A DNA stretch of 64,000 nucleotides, taken from positions 102,674,001 to 102,738,000 of the forward strand of contig NW_024704743.1 in the NCBI RefSeq assembly GCF_018977255.1, given 5' to 3'. The notes beneath the pieces were generated by a model. It searched no databases, was not told the origin of the DNA, and saw nothing but the letters and a program-made list of their open reading frames with translations. This DNA comes from Callorhinchus milii (Eukaryota). Position numbers and translations under genes: made by a program. This document shows, one piece after another, positions 1 to 11,728 of the stretch. The number at the start of each line of letters is the position of its first letter. Position 1 is the first letter of the stretch.

Positions 1-9
1 TTGCTTGAC

Positions 10-128
10 AATGTCATGTCTCAAACTACATACCGCATCCTGAGATTTTTTTTCTAGCAGAAATCTATCTAATTTGTTCTTCAAACAAATTAGTTTTTTT
101 GCTTCCACTGTCTCCTGAGGGAGCCTAC
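10..128 (-). mobile_element. CR1 LINE 3' fragment, degraded
   Basis: Minus strand reads RLPQETVEAKKLICLKNKLDRFLLEK, similar to the ORF2 C-terminus of the CR1 copy at 35030-35110. Confidence 0.6.
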
Positions 129-2309
129 TGTCTATCTATTCTCCTGTGCAGCAATAACACAATCACGATTAGCATTGAGACATAATATCAGAAAGGTCTT
201 GCAAGGGGGAGTGTCATGAGTATATTTTTTTCGGGGATCTCCTATCATGACCTAAGCAAGCTCATCACACCTGTATGGACTCCAACATGGAGTTCTTCCA
301 ACAAGGAATCCTCCCAACCTATAAATGAACATCTGCAGCTCAGCCTTTCCACTTCTGACAAAACGTCTCTCATAAAATGTCAGACTTTCCTTGTCTTTCC
401 GAGGCTGATTGTCCTGATGGGCATTTCCAACACTTTTTGTAGACATTAATGTTTTGCAGTATTCAATATCAACAACTGGGCACAAACTTATTTCCAGTGT
501 TAAATTGAGCCTTATTAACCGTCTTGATAATCTGCTTTTTCAACCATAACCACATACTGCCAAAAATTTACTTTCTCCTGTGTGTTATCCTGGCTTGATG
601 GTGGCACTCTCACCTCAGAGCCAGAAAGTTGTAGATTCAAGCCGCATGTCTGGACTTCCACATAATCTAAACTGGCACCGATACAGAATCACTACAATTT
701 ACAGCAAATCCTGTGAAGCACTTTGAGACATTTTGGTGATGTAGTAAGGCACTGTACCAAATGCAAGGATTATTTGCTATTAAAATATTTTCTATTTTTT
801 CTGCTCATCTCAGATTTTCAGGATTCACATTTTTTCTTTTCTCGTTTTGTTTGTGAATATTGATTTATGTATGTTTATTTATAGATTAATAACCTGACAG
901 AACAGGAAGTTCAAAGTCCTGATGTGGGGTTTGAACCCACAACCTTTTGACTTGAAAAATGCTGCCAGCTGAGTCAGGCCAATGTGGAGAAACCTGAGAG
1001 CAGGTCTCACCACCTCATACATGAATTGAGTTTGAAATCAGCGTACAAACAAAAGGCATATCAGACAAAAATATCAAAACGAATTTGATAGGGAGCCTCA
1101 AATTGAAAAGAATGTATTGTTATAGCAGCCCCATGAAAATGTATGTACTACTGCACCACTTGAAGCAGAGCTTTGATTCAGGAAACAACATAAATTGGAA
1201 ATCCTATTATCTGGATGACTTAATAGTCTAATAATTAAAAGTGCATAGACTAGATTTTCCTTTTGGTGGGCACTAATGACTTTTGGCAGAAAATCCCTGA
1301 TTTACAACTGAAGATCTAAAGCAATAGTGATTCTGCCGGTTGTGCTAAACTACTCAACAGAATGTAAATCGAAATTGCACTAATAAATCAGCTCAAATCC
1401 GGGAAGTGAGATACTTGAACTCTCACTGGGAGCACATGGTTGCTTCCCTCAGCAGTAAGATATCAAACTGGTGAGGACATTCCAAACACTGCAACTCCAC
1501 AGAGTCAAAACTGGACCTTCCTGACTTCAAAAGATTAAAAGACTGAAGTGCAATTTCTGATTCAAAGAACTTATGGAGCAGCTGTACTGTAAGTTGCTTT
1601 CGCAAAAAAAAGCTGGGTATCTGATACATGTAGAAACGCATCACCATGCTTAATAGTATCTAAACCAGACAGAGTTCCACAAGTGTCAATTTTCCTGTAT
1701 CTGGAATGGAATGTGCATCACTCACTAGAGGGACACACACTGCCTACTTAATTCCACAATTATTAGGTTCAGGTTAGCAATTGCCAAGGCTTGGGGATCC
1801 CAGAGTGTGCCTCGTGATACTGCTGGAGTTTAACCAATTCAAACCACGAAGCTTCAAAGTACAGTCCTTCAAAATGGAAAGTCTTACCAGGGACTTTATT
1901 AGGAGCGTCTAATGCAAGAGCTACTACATTAAAAAGATGAAAGGTGGGATGCGATGGAGGTACACCTGGCAGTAAGAATGTGTTCTCAAAAAATGAAAAC
2001 TTCTCATCTCTTCCATGTGGAGAAGGTTAAAGAGTCAAGCAACAGTGAATTTGCTAATTGTAATAACACTCTCAAGGTATATGTTTACTTATTTATTATA
2101 CAGGGTGACCAAAAAGTTGTGATACCATTACAATGTCTAATAGATGATTTTTTTTAGATAATAGTGTAGATGTTTTGGTAACCCTATGTAAAGTGAAAAT
2201 TACTAGGTGTGATGTTTACCAATAGCGCTTTTCAACATTTGGGATGAAAAATAAATGATAATTCTCACACGGACCTGCTCCTGGGTATATTGAGAGTGAG
2301 CCCTGATAC

Positions 2310-3935
2310 CTTTTTCAATCTCACTAACCTCTGTGTGAAGTAGTTCCACCTAAATTCTCTTTTGATCCCCTAGTCGCTATCTTATATTTGTGTCCCCTGG
2401 TTATGGACATCCCAACCAGTGGAAACAATATATTTTTGTTAACTTATCAGACCCTGTTATCATTTTAAACACTTCTATTAGATCCCCTCTTAAACATCTT
2501 CACTAGCGAATAAAGTCCCAACCTGTCCAGTCTATAAAATAAATATAAAATAAATATAATCCTTGCTTTTGATATAGTGCTATTCATGTGTTCTAGATGT
2601 CTCAAAGCACTTCACAAAATATGCTATAAAGTGAACTGACTGTATATTTTGTGGGTGAAATGGGGCAGCCAATTGCGCACAGCAGTGTCACATAAACAGT
2701 CGTGGATTGAGTGACTAATTTTTTTCTTCTTGAGGGATTATTATTATTAAGCGTGTGGAGTAAGGAAACTTGTTCAAGGTTTTGTCCTGCCAGGAATCAA
2801 ACCCAGGTCTTTTGCTTCTGAGGCGAGTGCTCTAACCACTGAGCTCCAGGACTCCAGCTACAGTCTATCCTGCAATACCTAATAGAAGTGTTTAATCATC
2901 TTCATAAATCTATTCTGTACTATTTCCATTGCTGCTATATCCTTCCAATAATGTTGAGAATAGAATTGGATACAATGCTCCAAGTATAGTTTAAACAAGG
3001 TTTTATATAAATTCAACACATTTCCTCACTTTTATATTCTGTTCCTCTGGATATAAAGCCCAAGATCCTATTGGCCTTTTTTCTTAAAAATAGTCTTATT
3101 TACTACTGCACCTATTTTTAGAGATTTGTGGATCAGAATCCCCAAATCTTTTTTCCTCCTGCACCCCTCTTAGGTTCTTACCATCTTACCAGGGTGATGT
3201 CCCTCCCCCCACCCCAATCCATTTCATCTGACCCACCAGCTCCCTTCATGTCCAGAAATGTTATGTTTCTGGAAGGGAAATACTAAAATATTACTTATGT
3301 GACCCGTGAATGTTTCTCAAACATGGCATCCAGCCCTCAGCAGCTAAAAGGTTGGACCACACTGAATTCTAGACTATAGATGGCTTCTTTATTTTTATCT
3401 GTTGGAGTGAATTACTTTACATTTTACTAATTTAATTTTCTATCCATCTGTCTATTTTGCTAGCCTGTTTATGTCTTCCTGTATTCTTCTGCAGTCTTCT
3501 TCACTGTTTACCAGCCACCCGCCCCACACCCCTCCCACTCCCTCAGTTTGCTACCATGTGCAAGTTTTGATATCACACTTCCTGAATGCAAATCATTTAT
3601 GCATTTGGTGAATAGTAGCAGTCCTGACACACATTCCTGAGGAACGTCACTTCCTAATTCTTTTCAGCCTGTCTAAATAGTCTAAACTCTTTCCCTTTGA
3701 TTTTGGTTTCCTAAACTTTTTCAATCCATTCTACTACCTCTCCCACAAGCACCTAGTTTAGTCATGGGCCTCTCTTGTGGCACTTTATCAAAGTGTTTCT
3801 GGAAATCTAAATACACTACATCCACTGTATTTTTCTTGTCTCCTTTAACAGTTACATCTTCAAAGAATTCAATAAGGTTTGCCAAGCATGGCCTTCCTTT
3901 TGTAAATGCATGCTGCCTGTTCTTAATTATTTTCT
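2310..3935 (-). mobile_element. Old CR1 LINE ORF2 (RT) fragment, interrupted by a SINE and by an insert at about 3190-3364
   Basis: Reverse complement is recognisably collinear with the plus-strand CR1 at 3973-5337 (QHxF/CLxNLIEFF, FxKxFDKVP and QRxVR regions); many stops and indels. Confidence 0.8.
2536..2855 (-). mobile_element. tRNA-derived SINE, full length, nested in CR1
   Basis: Collinear with 44041-44362; flanked by the direct repeat cagtctat (2528-2535 and 2861-2868). Confidence 0.88.
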
Positions 3936-3972
3936 CCTCCAGTTTGCTATGTTGCGAGCATATTTACAGTTG

Positions 3973-5337
3973 AGACTATAATCCGGGACAGAAAGACTAT
4001 AATCCGGAACAGAATAAATCTTCACTTAAAGAAATATGGGTTAATTAGGGACAGCCAGCATGGATTTGTTAAAGGCAAATCTTGTCTAACAAATCTAATA
4101 GAATTTTTTGATAAGGTAACGAGAGGGTGGATAAAGGTAGTGCAGTTTATGTCGTTCATATGGACTTTCAAAAGGCATTTGACAAAGTGCCACATGAAAG
4201 ACTTGTAAGAAAAATAGAAGCCCATGGTATAAAAGGGATAGTGGCAGCATGGATCCAGAACTGGCTGGGAGACAGAAAGCAGAGAGTTGTGGTGAACGGC
4301 TGCTTTTCTGACTGGAGGGAAGTGTACAGTAGCGTCCCCCAGGGATCAGTATTAGGACCACTGCTCTTCTTAATATAGATACATGATTTGGACTTGGGTA
4401 TAGCAAGTACCATTTCCAAGTTTGCGGATGACACAAAGTTAGATAGAGTGATGAACATTGAGAAGGATAGTATCCAACAGCAGGAAGACATAGAGAGAAT
4501 GGTAAAATGGGCAGACACATGGCAGATGAGTTTCAATGTGGAGAAATGTAAGGTAATGTGTTTTGGTAGAAAGAATGAGGGGAGGCAATATAGGCTATGT
4601 AATACAATCTTAAGGGGGTGAAAGAACATAGAGACCTGGGGGTTCAGGTAAATGAATCCTTGAAAGTGGCAGGACAGGTAGATAAAGCTGTAAAAAGGGC
4701 ATATGGGATACTAAGCTTTATAAATAGGGACATAGAGTACAAGAGTCAGGAAGTTATGATTAACCTATATAAAACACTGGTTAGGGCTCAGTTAGAATAC
4801 TGTGCCCAGTTCTGGGCACCACACTATAGGAAGGATGTTAAGGCATTGGAAAGGGTGCAGAGGAGATTTACAAGAATGGTACCAGGAATCAGGGACCTTG
4901 ATTATGAGGAAAGGCTAGAGAGGCTGGGATTATTCTCATTGGAGCAGAGAAGGTTACGAGGAGACCCAATAGAGGTTTTCAAAATCATGAGGGGATTTGA
5001 TAGTTTAGAAAGGGAAAAACTGTTTCCACTGGTAGGTATGTCGGTGACTCGAGGTCACAGATTCAAAATAGTCTCTAAAAGAAGCAGAGGGGAGGTGAGA
5101 AGAATGTTTTTCACACAGCGTGTTGTTCGAATCTGGAACGCATTGCCTGAAAGGGTGGTTGAGGCCGATTCGATAACAGCTTTTAAAAACACGGTGAACA
5201 GGTATTTGAGGAGGACCGGTCTGCAGGGTTATGGGGAAAGGGCTCGGGTGTGGGATTGACATTACGTTGCTCTTTTCAAAGATCCGGCACAGACTGGATG
5301 GGCCGAATGACCTTTTTTTGTGCTGTATGATTCTATG
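3973..5337 (+). mobile_element. CR1 LINE, 5'-truncated; RT domain to 3' tail; disabled
   Basis: ORF pieces with DFQKAFDKVPH, VPQGSVLGPLLF, KFADDTKL, QFWAPHYRKD, FFTQRVVRIWNALP; frameshifts and an in-frame TAG at 4376-4378; 3' end gatgggccgaatgacc...tgctgtatgattctatga. Confidence 0.95.
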
Positions 5338-5960
5338 AGTTCATGGATCGTTCAAAATTAATGGCTTTTTCAATCTTTCCACAGATGTTGTTTCTGAATC
5401 CCTTCAGAGTACTACACAGAACTGATTTTCTTTCAAGTCCAGGTGCACCCAAACTTTGCAATGGGTTGTGAAGCTGTGAAGATTGAGCAGAATCCTGTGA
5501 ACCGTCTCATGTGATCCAGTGAAAGGCCTCAACCATCCTTAATTTTGATTATCATCTTTTCACCAGACTGAAGGACAGGTCTGGAGGAATGATTGAAAAT
5601 GAGACTGAAAGCTGGATCATAAACTAGAGAGAGAGAAACCGGAATAAGACTATCCTAGGGGAGATTTAATTCACGTCCGGAGAGTGAGAAAGGATGAGAG
5701 AAAGGTCCAAGCATTTTGATTCGACTGTGCTATGTGCACTAAAGAGTTTTACATGATGCCTCACGTGTACATGTAGCTTTTGCAACCTTATCCTTAGTGT
5801 GAAAGTGGCAAAGACCACACATAATTGAGTCAAGATGTTGCTGTGAGAATGTTACTGAAGTCACTGATGCAAGGCCATTGTTAATGTCAAAGGATTTTTT
5901 TTCAAATGCAGATAAAGTAGTAATCAAAGCAAAAATATTTCAAATTGTGATAATTGAAGC

Positions 5961-6212
5961 ATAATAATAATAATCCTTGCATTTGATATAGCGCTTTTCA
6001 CGTCTTCTAGATGTTCCAAAGCGCTTCACAGAATATACTGTAAAGTGAATTGACTATATTTGTGGGCGAACGCGGCAGCCAGTTGCGCACAGCAATGTCC
6101 CACACAGAGTCATAGATTGAAAATGACCAATTTATTAATGTTTTGGGTTTTGGAGGGATTATTATTAGGGTGTGTGGAGTAAGGAAACTTGCCCAATGTT
6201 TCGCCCTGCCTG
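5961..6212 (-). mobile_element. tRNA-derived SINE, 5'-truncated
   Basis: (TAA)n tail plus body near-identical to 18992-19311; most of the tRNA head missing. Confidence 0.88.
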
Positions 6213-7499
6213 GAGTTGGGTTGCATCGTCAACTTTATTAATCCATTCTATTCAGTCAATTAGTAATTCAAACCATTCAGACTGTTACTGTGGAAGGGGA
6301 ATTAGTAGTCATGGATCTTTTATTTTTGGCTACTCTTCCAGTTCAGAGGTGAAAGCACCTGTAACTGAGCTAGGTTGACACCTGATACGAAGTTCATTTG
6401 CCAACATTTAGCCCAAGTACATACTCTCTGGAATTTTCTTTGTTAGATCGCATGTCATTATTTGAAAGGAGAAGGAAGCTTCTCTCAGTGTCCAGGTCAA
6501 AAATCCATTGTATTGATTGATCATCCACCTCAGATTCTGTTTCTGATTTCTTGCTGCAGCAAATAGCTGTCAAGTAACTACACTTGACAGTAATTTTTTT
6601 TACAAAGGGCTTTGAGATGTTTAGAACATGAGTAAGGCACTATAAAATTTCCCACTCCCTTTGCAAATAGAGTATCACAAATATCTTCTTCTATCTATCA
6701 ATCATATATTATGTTATATATTTATACATTATAAACTAATAAAATGACAATGTCTGCGCTTCAAGAAGGATCTCAATAACCAATTGAGGTAGAGACTTAC
6801 ACCTCATCAGAAATTTCTTGCACCTGAGAATGACAAGAACATATTTGTTTTTGGGTATCTCCTATCGTTCACAAGTTATTTTCAGTGTTGTGTTTTTCAC
6901 TATAGTTACACCTGGTAGCGATACCTGCTGACCATGGCGCTGTAGCATCTTGCGTCATAGAGCACGCATGTAGCCAAGCGGCAGAAACAAAATAAAGGAC
7001 ACCGATTAAGCTAAGCCGTGGCAACAACAACAAAATTACAACTTTAAAGCACTGAGTCCTCCCACAGGAGTATAGATAAAGATGAAATGTCTGTCTGTGT
7101 GTCAATCTACATTCCATATTGGATCCTTTGGTTGCAAGCATAACTGCAATGGGTACAGCTGGTCAGATATAAAATGGTCAACTCATATTAGGGTAATCAG
7201 ATCTAACACATGTGTCTGAGTAGATCTAGTGGGAGGACACATTGCAGGTTAAAAGTCCAGAGAGGACTGATAGTAAGAGGATATTGGAGGCAAGTTGAAA
7301 CCTTTTCAAACTGGGAGTGGAAAGTGTCTTCATTTTATTTGAGAGGCTTTATGCACAATTTCTGTTGGCTGTTTTTAATGACTATTTTTAAATAAACATT
7401 TTTGCAATTTTTATTAGAAGTTAAAATACTTGAACAGGTTTATATTGCACAGATAATATTAATGACAATATCCTGCTTTAAATATGCCAGTAATAATTA

Positions 7500-7950
7500 T
7501 AATAATTCTTGAATTTCATATAGCACTTTCTCATGTCAGAGAAGTATCAAAGCTCTTCACAAGATTTACTATAAAGTGTATTACTGTGTATTTATAGACA
7601 AACATTGGAGCCAAACTGGTTACAGAAATGTCCCACAAACAGCCAAGAAGTGAATGACCAATTTAATCTGGTGGATTATTGGCCAGGACACCAAGAGAAA
7701 CTCTGTTATCTTTTCAAATAGTGCCATTATATCTTTAATGTTCATGTAAACAGAGAGATTGGACTTCGGTTTCCATCTGAAGACCATTTGAAGGACGGCA
7801 CCTCTGACAACGCAGCCCTCTCCCCCAGCACTGCATTGAATTGTCGTCTTAAACTGTGATTTCAATGTCCTGACATGCAGTTGAGAATCACTGACATGAG
7901 AACAAAGTCTCCTTCCAGGGCACAGCACTGTGTACAAACCAGGTAAACCT
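7500..7950 (-). mobile_element. Old DeuSINE-like SINE (tRNA head + Deu-like domain + L2-type tail), degraded
   Basis: Contains tggccaggacacc...ttcaaatagtgccat...atctttaatgttca...ggtttc.atctgaag, like the Deu domain of SacSINE1/AmnSINE1 as I recall it; same tail as the young SINE. Confidence 0.7.
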
Positions 7951-8211
7951 TGTTACGTATTATTTTGCACAACAGTGTTCCTTTAAAACACATCAAAATT
8001 GGAAACATTAGGGTAAAAAAAATCTGTTCAATATTGACAGTTTGAATTGTATATCTAAACATCTCTAAATTTTTAATTATTACTGTGGTAATTCAAGTGG
8101 TATAATTTCAGCCAAGCATTAAATTGTTTCTTGAGAAAGCATCTGTCTCCACAGTACAATAAACTCATCAACACTATCAGAGTACGATTCTCATGAAAGA
8201 TTTCCCTTACA

Positions 8212-8257
8212 ATATATATATATATATATTTACACACACACACACACACACACACAA
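8212..8257. repeat. Compound (TA)n(CA)n microsatellite
   Basis: atatatatatatatatatttacacacacacacacacacacacaca. Confidence 0.95.
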
Positions 8258-8868
8258 TCTGGGACATCTCACATGTCAAAGGAAAAAGTCCCAACATTGC
8301 AGCTCAGATTAATTTTGAGACTGGTGCAGCAAGTCAAAACTGCAGATAATAGTCAGTGTGTGAAGATTTCTTCACCCAATGGAGAAATCTAGAAAATGGT
8401 GTTGGCCTTCTTCTGAAATTATAGATTGAGATGGGAATGAAACTAAATTGGTTTGAGACTCCAAAAGGCCTTAATTGGACATAAGGAATTTGTCAAACAA
8501 TAGCTGTATTACAGAGTTTGCTTGGGTTCAGCAGAAACATTATATTCATTCTTCACAAACTGAGGCATAATTAACCAATCAAGTCTTTTTTTTAATTAGA
8601 TTAGACTAATTGAGCTATAATAGGAAAAGGACATTAACCAATGATCCACCACACATCATTGCTGCCCATGTTTGTTTCTCATTAAAAAGGTCTCATTTCA
8701 CTGCTTTTAGTCTCCGAAAGTTTGTACATGGTTAAAGAGGTTCACTGTAATATATCCAGATAGATTTCCTAATATTAATAATTCTTGCATTAATATAATG
8801 TCTTTCATATCGGAGGATATCTCGAACCAGAATGCATTGTAGTAAACTGTGTGTATACTACAAAAATT

Positions 8869-8942
8869 CCAACTGTCCAACGCCTTGGGATGTCCTCCCG
8901 ACGTGAAAGGCGCTCTGTAAATGGAATCTTGTTGTTGTTGTT
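8869..8942 (+). mobile_element. L2 3' tail only, inserted into a minus-strand SINE relic (about 8770-9050)
   Basis: ccaactgtccaacgccttgggatgtcctcccgacgtgaaaggcgctctgtaaatggaatc(ttg)n, near-identical to 11619-11694. Confidence 0.85.
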
Positions 8943-9214
8943 TATTTTGTTGGTGAATGTGGCAGCCGATTTCACATAGCAATGTCCCACAAACAGTTAT
9001 GAAGTGAATGATTGATTTTAGCTGGGAAAACTGTTGGCCAGGACTCCCTTCAATATCCATGAAAATTTCACACCAAAAAACATGAGTTTCTGTTTCATCT
9101 GGTTATGCTTAATCATGTGCTAAACATGGGAAAGTACCATTTGGAGTCTATTTTGTCATATTCCTTACAATTATTTTTTAAAAATTCATGGCTAAACGTG
9201 TAACCACATTTAGA

Positions 9215-9765
9215 ATATTTAGTCCAGTATGGTCATCCCACTTTAGAAAATATGTTAAGGTAAAAGAGAATGTGCAGAGGAGACATATGATTGGACACAA
9301 CTAAATGCAAGGATTATTATTATTATTTACCAGGATGAGTGGTTTGGCCTATGAACAAAGGCTGGAGAAACTGGAACTTCTTCTGCTGGAACAAAAAGGG
9401 TTAAGGTGCAACATGATAGAGGTCTTTAAAATTATGAGTTTTGATAGATTCAATACAGAAAATCATTTCCACTTTTCGGTAAGTCAGGAATTAAAGGACA
9501 TCAAGTTAAGATGATGGTAAACGAGCAAATGAGGAGATTGGGAGAGTTTTTTTTTCCAGGCACAGTGTAGTTAGGATATGGAATACCTTGCTGGGAGCAG
9601 TACTTGAGGTAGAATTCATACTGACCTTCAACTAGAACTAGACAAATAACTGAAAATGAATTAGCTACAGGGGAAAGGATAGGTAAATTTGACTAAAAGG
9701 ATTGTTCGAGGGATGTTGGCACACACGATGGGCCAAAAGGCCTTCTTCTGTGCCATAAATTTCTA
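9215..9765 (+). mobile_element. CR1 LINE 3' fragment, degraded
   Basis: GLAYEQRLEKLELLLLEQKGLRCNMIEVFKIM matches the ORF2 C-terminus at 4890-4990; tail gatgggccaaaaggccttcttctgtgc. Confidence 0.85.
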
Positions 9766-10999
9766 TTTATTTAAAAAAAAACAAATATGCTAAAGATAAG
9801 CAGATTTGCTGTTTAGAAATCGATATATTTAAGTACAAGAAAGATGATTTGTGACAAAATGTGGATGTGTGACATCGATACAAATAAGTAAAGACATTTA
9901 CAAATTTGTTAAGAAATCATGCAAATTAGACTCCATAACGCATAGTGAGTGTAAAAGGAGTTATTAATATAAGCTAGTATTTTAAGTCAGCTCTCACGGG
10001 TAGCTATAGACAAGAGAATCACAGACAAATTGCATTTTGTTTGCAGAGTTTTACTAAACAATAAAACCATCACTCTCCCACACCATTATTAGAAATGTCT
10101 GTACAGTCATTATCCTCCATGCAAATGGGGTTGCTGTCTTGATATATCAATAGTACACTTAATAGGAAACCCTTTGAGAACATTTAGAATAACCAGGCTC
10201 CAATATCTTCTTTTGTATGGATTGCTGTGTCCAGTAAAACATGCTATTTAAAAGATTACACCTTCCTGATTAATTTCAGTGCCCTTACCAAATACATGTG
10301 GATATTAACTCTTCCTTTACCTGTCTGAAGCCCATTTACCATTGAAATGAATAGCAAATCTGCTTTTGAATTCTGTATTAATATAGCTGCTGTCTCCAAA
10401 CGACTGAAGATAGATTAAAAACATAGCGGCCATCTCTTCACTTGTTCCTACATTCCATGATCAGCTCTCAGCTGCAGTTTATAATCTTCAGAGTCCTTTG
10501 GTCAACTCTCAAAATCTATGCATTAATTTGGCTCTTCTTAGAAACAACTTCCAAGACTGAAGTTAATAATTGTTCAACATTTGCCTGCACTGAAACATTA
10601 AGAAAAAGATCCAAGTTTAGATCCAGATGGAATTTCTTCCCCAGTTTTTTTTCAAGCCTGTACATCCCTTCCAGTCTTGCTCCCTCCTATGGTTAGGATA
10701 TTTAAGGAGAGCCCATATGTGCTCTCTCTCTGTCACAGCAGGTTCTGTGAACCCACCACACTTATCGTCACTCAACTTGACAGTGAACGTTTTGAGACGT
10801 CTTGAAGATGTGATATGACTCTATATCAAGTGCAAGGATCATTATTATTTCCCTCAGCATATTGAATTCAAGAACTTGTCCTCTCATTCAAGTCCCTCCA
10901 TAGCCTCATACCAGTGTATCAATTTAGTAGCTGGGAAAAGGTGGCTTCATACAATCATTGAATATTGCTGTATAAAAACAGACCAGTTGACCTATTAAG

Positions 11000-11728
11000 C
11001 AGTGGTGCCCAACCTTTTTGGTTAGCCAAGAAAATAAATTTACTTGTGTCAGTCAAGAAAACTTGGAAACCAAACTTTGATTGAAAACAGACTCACCAAG
11101 ACTCGTGCGAATGCTCAGCGGCCACATGGGCCACTTCTGGTCATTCAGGTCATTCAGAACTCTGCAGCTCGTGTACTGTCCCGCACCAGGCTTCGGGACC
11201 ACATCACTCCCACCCTCGCTCGCCTCCACTGGCTCCCCATCCCCCAGAGGATTGATTTCAAGATCCTCATCCTTACCTACAAGGCCATTCACGGCCTTGC
11301 TCCCTCCTACCTCTCCAACCTACTATCCCCCTACCTACCTGCCCGTACCCTCCGTTCCTCCGGCTCCGGTCTGCTCCACGTCCCCCGCCCCAATCGCCCT
11401 ACCATCGGTGGTCGGGCCTTCAGCCTCTCAGCCCCCAGGCTCTGGAACTCTATCCCCCAGTGCCTTCGCCTTGCCTCCTCCCTCTCCTCCTTCAAGGCCG
11501 GTCTCAAGACCTTTCTCTTTGACCGTGCATTCAGCTCCCCTCTCGATTCTCTTCCCCCTCCTCGCTCCCTCCCTTCCCTCCCCTCACCCTGACCATTTCC
11601 CCCCTGCTCGGGTCATGACCCAACTGTGCAGTGCCTTGGGACGTCCTCCTGACGTGAAAGGCGCTCTATAAATGGAATCTTGTTGTTGTTGTTGTTCTGG
11701 GCCACAGAGCATGGATTTGCCACGACTG
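11000..11728. mobile_element. Possible hAT-like MITE relic interrupted by the L2 insertion
   Basis: Left end cagtggtgcccaacctttt; right end reverse complement cagtcgtggcaaa (10/13 match); no convincing 8-bp TSD. Confidence 0.4.
11141..11694 (+). mobile_element. L2 LINE, 5'-truncated, young
   Basis: Open frame QVIQNSAARVLSRTRLRDHITPTLARLHWLPIPQRIDFKILILTYKAIHGLAPSYL...GGRAFSLSAPRLWNSIP...SFKAGLKTFLF (L2 ORF2 C-terminus); (TTG)n tail; TSD ttctgg at 11135-11140 and 11695-11700. Confidence 0.95.

Noticed and set aside
216..485. Overlapping 77-aa ORFs on both strands
   Set aside because: No recognisable domain or splice context; I could not assign them.
4127..5259. ORFs of 83, 77 and 213 aa as a host or domesticated reverse transcriptase gene
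   Set aside because: Consecutive pieces of one 5'-truncated CR1 ORF2 broken by a stop and frameshifts; no endonuclease domain or promoter.
4022..5262. Minus-strand ORFs of 67, 141, 153 and 85 aa
   Set aside because: Antisense shadows of the CR1 coding sequence.
11044..11671. 182-aa and 196-aa ORFs, the latter Pro/Ser-rich
   Set aside because: L2 ORF2 C-terminus and its alternate frame, with starts falling in flanking DNA; no evidence of a chimeric gene.
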